Shown here: positions 16,801 to 23,920 of the stretch, in pieces
Layout of the letters: the number at the start of each line of letters is the position of its first letter
Position numbering within the stretch: position 1 is the stretch's first letter
Source of the DNA: a candidate division TA06 bacterium
GTDB taxonomy: Bacteria > Hydrothermota > DG-26 > E44-bin18
Length of the DNA stretch: 27,786 bases
Assembly (NCBI GenBank): GCA_004376575.1
Contig: SOJN01000138.1
Coordinates: 1-27,786 of the forward strand
Reading direction: 5' to 3'
Notes under the pieces: model-generated
Seen by the model: the letters and a program-made list of their open reading frames with translations, nothing else
Told to the model about the DNA's origin: nothing
The model's database searches: none
Made by a program: the position numbers and the translations under genes

Positions 16801-18203
16801 TTGGTGGAAGTCTTCTGCCCGAGTTTTTCTATTGATTTAAGTGCAAGATCAACCGGCAATGGCCCTGTTGCCAGCATCCCCCATATGGACTTCGCTTCCT
16901 TTATTGACGAGAGACCTCGAATCCTCACCATGTTTCCACTGCTGGCACCCCTCACGATTGGTGCAGACACAACCTTGCCATCTATGAGAAAGGCCATGGG
17001 ATTTCCAATGTGACGTCCAGTCGCCTCTTCAAGTCTCTCGGCCGCTTCGGTGGTGATTTCCATTTCCACTATGGGTCTACTGAACTCATCGTATCCAAAC
17101 GATGCGCCCTTCAGATCATCATTCGTCAAGAGCACATCCAGAAGAATCAGAGGCTTGGTCATATTCCCCTGCTCAAATCCCAAATCTGCCTCTGGCCCGT
17201 AGGTGCTCTTCACGACCTCCTCTGATAATCTGAAGACCGGCCCCTCAGGCCAACGTGCAAGCCTCACCGACAAGCTCCCAGGCCTGGACACCAGTCGAAT
17301 AATCTCAGCTCTGTCCCCAAACGATTCAAAATTTATTTTCAACCTTTGATTTGTTCTTGATTTTAATCGAACACCTTTCAAGCCAATCCAGGAGAGTCGG
17401 GCCCCCAAAAGACTCCCTGTAAGGGTCATACCACCATTTTGACTCCCTCTTGCCACGAACGTCGCTTCATATGCGTGTCTTACGGGGACCTCGATCGAAA
17501 GCGGTGAATTGAAATCAAAAAGAGACATATTCCAGAATATCTTCTTGTCTTCTGAATCCACCCTCACCTTCACCGGAAGACCCGTCTTCTCACTCACCCA
17601 CATCCTCCCCTTGAGATCCTTCTCCATCCTGGGGTCAAGAAAGGCTAAGTTGGGCTCAAAGCTGAATCTTCCTGCCCGCCTTCCCCCAATTCTATCCTTA
17701 CCAATATACTCAAAATTCCCCAGAGCGACAGTCCGTTCCAGCTGCCGAAGAGGGTTGATCTCCTCGCTCGCCGCCTCCTCCACCCACGTTCTTGTCTCAG
17801 GATCAAAACGGAACTGTCGGTCACCAGATGTTATTACAGTCAACTCCTCCTTGTTGCCGGCGAAACTCCAGTAGCCGCTGACACTACTCATATCAGGGAA
17901 CAGATAGCTCCCCTCGAAACTCCCTTCCACATCTACCAGGCCGCCCTTCCGTTCAAACTTCAGTCTGAACTTGAAACTTGATTGGTTCTCGAGTTTAAGA
18001 AGGGACTCCAGGGCAAATGCCTCCGTCTTTTTCAACTCCTGGTCCATCCTACTGATAGGGCCTCTCCTAGCACATCCCACAAGAAGGACAATCACGATGA
18101 GACAGAAACAGATCAGACAGACTCTTCTACCCACGCTTCGCCCCCCGAGCGGGTCCCAGGGCTTTCCTGATCCCCTCTGCCTTTCCATAGCAGACCACAG
18201 CAT
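16797..18203 (-). CDS. Lipoprotein with an N-terminal LolA/beta-sandwich-like region and a C-terminal SecD periplasmic P1-head-like domain, 468 aa as annotated
   Basis: Lipobox-like VLLVGC after a hydrophobic segment. The true start is probably internal, since the annotated start overlaps the upstream gene by 77 nt. C-terminal segment MAFLIDGKVVSAPIVRGASSGNMVRIRGLSSIKEAKSIWGMLATGPLP parallels the SecD head motif (VLDGKVLSAPVI ... G.I.G.F...EA..LA..L..GALP). No SecD transmembrane helices are present. Confidence 0.45.
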   Translation of the reverse strand: MLWSAMERQRGSGKPWDPLGGRSVGRRVCLICFCLIVIVLLVGCARRGPISRMDQELKKTEAFALESLLKLENQSSFKFRLKFERKGGLVDVEGSFEGSYLFPDMSSVSGYWSFAGNKEELTVITSGDRQFRFDPETRTWVEEAASEEINPLRQLERTVALGNFEYIGKDRIGGRRAGRFSFEPNLAFLDPRMEKDLKGRMWVSEKTGLPVKVRVDSEDKKIFWNMSLFDFNSPLSIEVPVRHAYEATFVARGSQNGGMTLTGSLLGARLSWIGLKGVRLKSRTNQRLKINFESFGDRAEIIRLVSRPGSLSVRLARWPEGPVFRLSEEVVKSTYGPEADLGFEQGNMTKPLILLDVLLTNDDLKGASFGYDEFSRPIVEMEITTEAAERLEEATGRHIGNPMAFLIDGKVVSAPIVRGASSGNMVRIRGLSSIKEAKSIWGMLATGPLPVDLALKSIEKLGQKTSTK

Positions 18204-18813
18204 CTTTGAGCCTTAACTTCATGTCCGCCCTTGGAGCCGGAAACACCTTTCCTTCCCTCTGTATGGCTATCACCAGCACATCATTTTCCCTGAGTGTCGA
18301 TTCTTTCAAGCTCTTTCCTTCATTGGGTGATTTCTCGTCAATAGTCACCTCAGCCACAACATACCCCTCAGCCATTCTCAATAGCTCATCCAGCCGCTGG
18401 CTTTCAAGCAGACCTGAGCTCTCGATTCTCCTCTCTACTATCCTTGCGAATCTTCTCATCAATCCTTTGTTTGACATCAGTTTGTAGAGACAGTATAGGG
18501 CTATGAGAAGCACTGCAACTCTCACCAGTAGAGCCGAACCGGCAGCCCGCATGGAAAACGCGAATGCAGCGATGACGGAGACAAACCCTGCATTACCCAA
18601 TATCATCAGCGTCATTATGATTCTTCTTCTGTGTTCGTACTTGATCACTTCTTCAGAGTCTCTGGTTGTGAATCCCGTCCCGGTGAAAGCCGAGAGTGCC
18701 TGGAATCTAGCTTTCCTTGCTTCCACCCCTGTCATCTCCAGGGCCACCGCTGCTATCCTTACCACCACCGAGGAGGCTGCGATTACCGCAATCATCACCA
18801 GTATTGGCGCCAT
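18127..18813 (-). CDS. Membrane protein with a single TrkH/KtrB-like M1-P-M2 pore unit fused to a TrkA-C (RCK_C) domain, 228 aa
   Basis: TM1 (ILVMIAVIAASSVVVRIAAVAL), pore-helix/filter-like FQALSAFTGTGFTT (compare TrkH/KtrB SAFxTTG), TM2 (IIMTLMILGNAGFVSVIAAFAF). The C-terminal about 75 aa match TrkA_C (EGKSLKESTLRENDVLVIAIQREGKVFPAPRADMKLRLKDAVVCYG). Confidence 0.55.
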   Translation of the reverse strand: MAPILVMIAVIAASSVVVRIAAVALEMTGVEARKARFQALSAFTGTGFTTRDSEEVIKYEHRRRIIMTLMILGNAGFVSVIAAFAFSMRAAGSALLVRVAVLLIALYCLYKLMSNKGLMRRFARIVERRIESSGLLESQRLDELLRMAEGYVVAEVTIDEKSPNEGKSLKESTLRENDVLVIAIQREGKVFPAPRADMKLRLKDAVVCYGKAEGIRKALGPARGAKRG

Positions 18814-18836
18814 AACCTCACCTCCAATCCTGTCTT

Positions 18837-21695
18837 TTAGAATTCACTACCAAGAGTGAAATACCAGTGAGTATCCTTCGATATATCAGAAAGGTCTGTG
18901 CTCTTTGCGGCGTCAAGCTTGAGCACCAGAAACGAAATCCTCATTCTCACGCCAGCACCAAACCCAATCTTCAAATCCTGGAGTTTGAACACACCCTCGT
19001 CTTCCTTGCCAACCCTGAACGCTCGCCAATCATCAGTGGCTCCTCCCACGTCGAGGAACAGTGCTCCTCTCACACTCCTGAAATCGAGAGGAAGGGGAAA
19101 AGCAAGTTTAAGGCGGTCAACAAAAGGGTATCTAAATTCTGTGTTGAGAAAAGCCACCTTGGTCCCATAGAATTCATAGTCGTCGTACCCCCTCAGGGTC
19201 TGACTCCCTCCTACCCAGTACCTTGCAGTTTCTGCATCCTCTCCACCACTCACTGCGCCAACGAGGCGCAAGGCAAAGCTGTACCTTCTCTCCACCTTCA
19301 GATACTTCCGCATGTCTGCCACAACTGTGAAATAGTTGAGGCTGCGCTCAAAAATGGGAACTCCCGTCCCGACGCTCAGCCTCACGCGTGAACCATCTAT
19401 TGGCCCGGTGAAACCCCACATGGCAGTATCATGTACGTAGCTGATCCCTGGAAATATCACGTACACCAAGGGATATTTGAACTCCTCCTCCTGCCCCGGT
19501 CTAAACACAAGGAACTTGTCCTCTATTGCAAAAACATCAAGCTCTGCTTCAATCCGGTTGAACATATTCATGGGATAGCTGGCTACGCCCGCAACACCGA
19601 AGGTCCTTTCCACCAGAACTTCCGCCATCCCCTCACTGAGGCTCTTCAAGTAGTAATTCTTTTCCTGAAATATGCTCATACCGAAATCGATTCTCCTCGG
19701 TAGATACCAGTAGCTGAGGTAGAAATTGGATTCCAATATGTCTCCAAAAAGGTCTGACACCAAGTATATCCTGTGATTGCCGAGTATGTCGCTTACTGCT
19801 ATCTGTGTCTGACCAGCAAAGCCGTACTCCGTGCTGTAGGAGAAGCCGCCGGCAACCCAGTCCGGTGTGAACACAAGACCTACCCTCTCTTTCTCTGGCA
19901 GTTCTCCATTTTCATCAAACTTTTCATCCCTGAATGCAAACTTGCTCTCCCCCTCGGGGGCCAAGGCCTCCAGCTCAAGCGGCTCCTTGAGCACGAATAT
20001 GTCCCATCCACCATTCCTGAAGGCAGAAAGGGCGACCCTTTTTCCACTGCTGGATGCTGATACGTTGAATATTCCTCCCAGTACATTGGTCAGTCTTACT
20101 GACAAAGTGTCTGCTGAAGGTTTGTAAAAGAGATCTTTCACTCCGGAAAAATCGGAAATGTAAAGAATCGAGTTATCGTCGTCTATGATCTGTGGCGATG
20201 CGGTCAAACGGGACCTCTGTGTGACTCTGATGATGTCGTCTCCTTCATGAGACATGAAAAAGACCGCATATCTCCCGAAGGCCCAGATCGAATCAAACGT
20301 GTCGGGTCTATCTGAACAGAATACTATCGTCTTCGCATCTTTGGACCAGCCAGGGTCCCTATCATCGTAGCGATCGTTGGTGAGTCTCTTAAGCGAACCA
20401 TCCTCTATGACTGTCACATATATGTCAGAGAATCCGTCCGCCAATCCGACCAACGCCAACCGCTTTCCGTCCGGAGAGAAAGATGGAGAAAAAAGACCAT
20501 CAAGATCGAACTGTAATTTTCTTTCCACTTTGCCACTTGTTGAGCTGACCACATAAAGCCTGTCCTTCGCCCCAGCCTTTGCCACAAACGCGATTCTCTG
20601 CCCATCGGGACTGAAGGAGAGCCCTGCCCTGCCAATGTGCATCGATTCGAATCCACTTGATGTTTCTCCCCTTACCAGCCGCTTCAGTATTTTCCCATCA
20701 ATTGCAGAGGCCAAGTATAGATCTGTTCGTCCAGTCCTATCTGACAGAAAAGCGATTCTATCGCCATCTGGGGAAAGCGCCGGGCCTGTGTTGAAGACTC
20801 CACCATCGCGCATGTGATCTGTCAACTGCCTTGCTGTTTCGACTATCTCTTCCTTATCTGATAGAAGCGGCCAATACTTCTTCCTCAGAGACCTCCTCCA
20901 GTCTTCATCAAGTTTCTTTATGGATAGCCCCAGGGAAGATTTGATTGCCCCTTCTAACCCCCCTGAAACGTTGATACTGTGGAGTATCTCACCTATCTTC
21001 TTTCTCCCATATTTCTCTGCAATGAAGTTGTAGATGGACTGACCTTCCTTGTACACGGCATATCCACCGGTGTATGCCAAATCTGGTATGGAGATGACTC
21101 TCTGGTTGATGACCAGGTCTCTCATGAACATGTCTGAGTTTTCATCCCACCCGATCGACTCAAACTCCGCCAGGCCTTCGAAAACCCACAAAGGAATTTC
21201 CATCGTGTACAGAGGACGGGAAAAGATCGACCCGGCGCCGCTTCCAAAGAGAATGTCAAAGTGGAAGGAGTGTGTCAGTTCATGAACCAGAACGTGACGG
21301 AAGTCCTCGTAGGATCCTGTAAAAGGAACGACTACTCTGTTTTTGTAGAGTTCCGTGAAACCACCGACCGACTCCTCGATCAATTCCAATATTATGTTCG
21401 TCTGCTCGAAATCGTTGTGAGAGCTGTAGATGATTATTGGAATCCTTATGCTCATTTCATGGTCAAGGTCAGACTCCAGGGCTCCATACGCATTTTCAAG
21501 TATCTGCCGCGCAAACCTGACTATCTCTTCCTCGCCCTGATAGAAGTAGATGTCGAATTCTTCACACTTGACCATTCTCCAGTCGAAGTTCTTGTACTGT
21601 ACCTTGTTCTTGCCAAAGCCCCAGGCAAAATCACGGACGGATGCGAAAAAAAAGACCAGAACAAGTGAAATGAAAACCACACAAACCTTTTTCAC
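18837..21695 (-). CDS. Multidomain outer-membrane protein: N-terminal HExxH domain (putative peptidase-MA-like), TolB/PD40-like beta-propeller, C-terminal Omp85/BamA-type beta-barrel, 952 aa
   Basis: Signal peptide. LVHELTHSFHFD zinc-binding-like motif. Several PD40 repeats (SPDGDRIAFLSDRTGRTDLY, SPDGQRIAFVAKAGAKDRLY, SPDGKRLALVGLADGFSDIY, SKDAKTIVFCSDR). The C-terminal about 300 aa have the Omp85 surface-antigen barrel signature, ending ...HWYFTLGSEF. No POTRA-like region is evident. Confidence 0.6.
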   Translation of the reverse strand: MKKVCVVFISLVLVFFFASVRDFAWGFGKNKVQYKNFDWRMVKCEEFDIYFYQGEEEIVRFARQILENAYGALESDLDHEMSIRIPIIIYSSHNDFEQTNIILELIEESVGGFTELYKNRVVVPFTGSYEDFRHVLVHELTHSFHFDILFGSGAGSIFSRPLYTMEIPLWVFEGLAEFESIGWDENSDMFMRDLVINQRVISIPDLAYTGGYAVYKEGQSIYNFIAEKYGRKKIGEILHSINVSGGLEGAIKSSLGLSIKKLDEDWRRSLRKKYWPLLSDKEEIVETARQLTDHMRDGGVFNTGPALSPDGDRIAFLSDRTGRTDLYLASAIDGKILKRLVRGETSSGFESMHIGRAGLSFSPDGQRIAFVAKAGAKDRLYVVSSTSGKVERKLQFDLDGLFSPSFSPDGKRLALVGLADGFSDIYVTVIEDGSLKRLTNDRYDDRDPGWSKDAKTIVFCSDRPDTFDSIWAFGRYAVFFMSHEGDDIIRVTQRSRLTASPQIIDDDNSILYISDFSGVKDLFYKPSADTLSVRLTNVLGGIFNVSASSSGKRVALSAFRNGGWDIFVLKEPLELEALAPEGESKFAFRDEKFDENGELPEKERVGLVFTPDWVAGGFSYSTEYGFAGQTQIAVSDILGNHRIYLVSDLFGDILESNFYLSYWYLPRRIDFGMSIFQEKNYYLKSLSEGMAEVLVERTFGVAGVASYPMNMFNRIEAELDVFAIEDKFLVFRPGQEEEFKYPLVYVIFPGISYVHDTAMWGFTGPIDGSRVRLSVGTGVPIFERSLNYFTVVADMRKYLKVERRYSFALRLVGAVSGGEDAETARYWVGGSQTLRGYDDYEFYGTKVAFLNTEFRYPFVDRLKLAFPLPLDFRSVRGALFLDVGGATDDWRAFRVGKEDEGVFKLQDLKIGFGAGVRMRISFLVLKLDAAKSTDLSDISKDTHWYFTLGSEF

Positions 21696-22111
21696 TATAT
21701 CAGCCTCCCCAGGACAAAACCGAGAATAACACCAACCAGAAAAGAGCTTATGAGAACTCTAGACTTCATGACGTCAATTTTGTATCCCCGCCTCAGAGCG
21801 AAGAAAGTCACCAAATAGCCAATGCCGTTCACAACTAGTATGAAAGGAAGAGTAATCGCCTTCACAATCAATGGGCCAATTATCGGTACGGCACCTATCA
21901 GCGCGATTGCCCCACCAAAAGCCTGTGTCGCCAGGCCAAACACTATCACCACTGCCGCCACCACCTTCTTGTCCCATCTCAGAAAAATACTGACAACGAT
22001 AATTCCGGCTATGATTGACCATATGAGTGCTGCCCTCCAATAGGGTCTGAAGAAAGACTTCAGACTCTTGGGCATCTTCCCTTTCTGTGTTTTGTCAGAT
22101 ACCAAAGTCAT
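21695..22111 (-). CDS. Small integral membrane protein (about 4 TM), 138 aa, hypothetical
   Basis: Four hydrophobic helices with Gly-rich packing motifs. Start codon region overlaps the downstream Omp85-fusion gene by 1 nt. Confidence 0.4.
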   Translation of the reverse strand: MTLVSDKTQKGKMPKSLKSFFRPYWRAALIWSIIAGIIVVSIFLRWDKKVVAAVVIVFGLATQAFGGAIALIGAVPIIGPLIVKAITLPFILVVNGIGYLVTFFALRRGYKIDVMKSRVLISSFLVGVILGFVLGRLI

Positions 22112-22208
22112 TCCCCGCCCCGCCCGGCTCGTTCCACGACCTCGACACTCGCAAGAACAGGTCGAAAATCACGTGGGCGTTCTCACAGAGCTCCATCAGC
22201 ACCATACT

Positions 22209-22844
22209 TCAGTTGCCCCTCACTTTTCCCCTCCTGGAAAACAATAGGAAAAGGGCCCCGATGTCTAACAGGGCTAAGCCTGTCCTGAATGGCCAACTCG
22301 CCTTCTCCCTGAGGAAACCCAGTTTGGAACGCGGGCCCCCTTCTGCCCACTCCCTGCCACCGCTGAATCCCAACTGAAAGATGGAAACACCGGCAACCGT
22401 CACGGGGGAATCAGACACTACGGTCAAGCTCTCTGAACATCCTTCCAAATCAAGAAGCAGAGTGGATCCACACTCAAGAAGATTCCCGTCTTCTCTGTAT
22501 GAAGCTGTGAAACTATCAAGAGTGACCCTTGCAAATCCTAGCTCTCGAGGCTGATCAAGAGGCAGCATGGCAACTCTGGCAAGTCCTGCAAACATCTCGA
22601 CAATGGCTGCCGTCAGAACAAGGAAAGCTCCGGCGGCAACCAGAAATGTCCCTCTGCTACTCCTTCCTGATGCACCTAATCTCAAGAAGGCAATGGAACC
22701 CAGGACGGCTGTGAGACAGACAGAGAGGAACACTCCAAAGGATGCAGGATTACTGTAACTCACCCTGTATACCCTGACCGCGTGCAGGCTCGCCGCAAGA
22801 ACACCCACCAACAGAGCCAACCTTGTCCAGAATCGGTAGTTCAA
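22209..22844 (-). CDS. Integral membrane protein, 211 aa, hypothetical
   Basis: Three to four N-terminal TM helices followed by a Gly/Ser-rich soluble region. It lies 3 nt downstream of the preceding gene. No recognisable family. Confidence 0.35.
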   Translation of the reverse strand: MNYRFWTRLALLVGVLAASLHAVRVYRVSYSNPASFGVFLSVCLTAVLGSIAFLRLGASGRSSRGTFLVAAGAFLVLTAAIVEMFAGLARVAMLPLDQPRELGFARVTLDSFTASYREDGNLLECGSTLLLDLEGCSESLTVVSDSPVTVAGVSIFQLGFSGGREWAEGGPRSKLGFLREKASWPFRTGLALLDIGALFLLFSRRGKVRGN

Positions 22845-22847
22845 TTC

Positions 22848-23621
22848 CTATCCCCTCACTACAAGACCAACCCTGAATCCCGAAATATCGTATCCAGGCT
22901 CGATAATGAGCTGAACCCTTTTGCCACTTGGAAACTTCTTTTCCTTAGACCTTGTAATCATAATCACATCCATTGCGCTGGCCAGCCTGTTGAGGAGAGC
23001 AAATCCGGTCGCATAGATGGCAAACTGGAACGCATCCTTCGACTCTTTCCTTAACCTTCTGAATTCCTGTATGGCCCCACTGCCTTTCCACGACCACCCC
23101 TCGCTGCCAGTATAAATGTGCCGCTCGATGTAGCTCTGCTGTTTTTGCTTATCTCCTGGATAGAGTGCGCGGGCATCCTCTCTCATCTTTTCATTGTATT
23201 CTTCGTTACTCCTACTCCATTCGACAGCACTCCAGTACTCATCGGAACCCATGCTCATATCCGCGCCTGCATTGGCACCAGCAAGAAGCTTATAGCTATC
23301 CCTCACCCTTCTTCCATGATAGGTGAAAACCGCATATGAGGCCCAGGTGGCAAGCTCTATCCCGAAGAAAACCTTTGAGTTGCCTTTTGAGCCGAGGTAG
23401 TATTCCCCTGCCCCTGGCACGGCGGCAGACAGGAAAAGCGCCAGTGGGCCGGACTTCTCGCCCCTCTCATCTTTCACTCCATGGCCTATCTCAGGAGGGT
23501 ATCTATCCGAACTGATGGTGGAGTTGACAATTCTTTTCCTCATCATCTTATCAATCGTTTCGGAAGAAGCGCTCCCCACAAGCACCAACGATAGAACGAG
23601 TAGTAACACAATTTTCTTCAT
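22848..23621 (-). CDS. Secreted/membrane-anchored hypothetical protein with PGAGEYYLG hairpin motif, 257 aa
   Basis: Signal peptide (MKKIVLLLVLSLVLVGSASS). Hydrophobic hairpin LFLSAAVPGAGEYYLG...FFGIELATWASYAVF, resembling small membrane-anchor families with a PGxGQ/E motif. The rest is hydrophilic. Confidence 0.4.
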   Translation of the reverse strand: MKKIVLLLVLSLVLVGSASSETIDKMMRKRIVNSTISSDRYPPEIGHGVKDERGEKSGPLALFLSAAVPGAGEYYLGSKGNSKVFFGIELATWASYAVFTYHGRRVRDSYKLLAGANAGADMSMGSDEYWSAVEWSRSNEEYNEKMREDARALYPGDKQKQQSYIERHIYTGSEGWSWKGSGAIQEFRRLRKESKDAFQFAIYATGFALLNRLASAMDVIMITRSKEKKFPSGKRVQLIIEPGYDISGFRVGLVVRG

Positions 23622-23662
23622 CTCTCACTCCGGCTTCAAAAGTTGGACATTCTATCCTGTAA

Positions 23663-23920
23663 TCATTTTACTACGGCGAACTTCTTGGTTCTTACCACCT
23701 GCTTACCGCCAGCGGCCACTTTCACTCTCAGCATATATACTCCACTGGCCAGGCCCTGGAGGCTGAGAAGATTGTCGTTGGGGCCTTGATTTATCGCCCC
23801 CTCCATCTCCCTCACCAGGTCACCAGCGATATTGAACACCTTTATGTCAACGTCCGTAGCTCTCTCGCTCAGATCGTACCTGACCCAAATCCTACCTTCG
23901 GTCGTGGGATTCGGGTAAGC
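23663..23920 (-). other. T9SS C-terminal sorting domain (within the M6 protease CDS)
   Basis: REFYAYPNPTTEGRIWVRYDLSERATDVDIKVFNIAGDLVREMEG...LASGVYMLRVKVAAGGKQVVRTKKFAVVK. Confidence 0.65.

Noticed and set aside
17320-17370. AT-rich island (aaatttattttcaacctttgatttgttcttgattttaatcg) inside the lipoprotein gene
   Set aside because: It is in frame within a continuous ORF (encodes ...KINFESFGDRAEII...). There are no flanking repeats. It is probably local codon composition rather than an insertion or regulatory element.
22138-22164. Inverted repeat CGACCT...AGGTCG downstream of the 211-aa gene
   Set aside because: The stem is 6 bp with a 15-nt loop and no U-run, so it is not a credible intrinsic terminator. 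The gap probably just contains the RBS/promoter region for the 138-aa gene.
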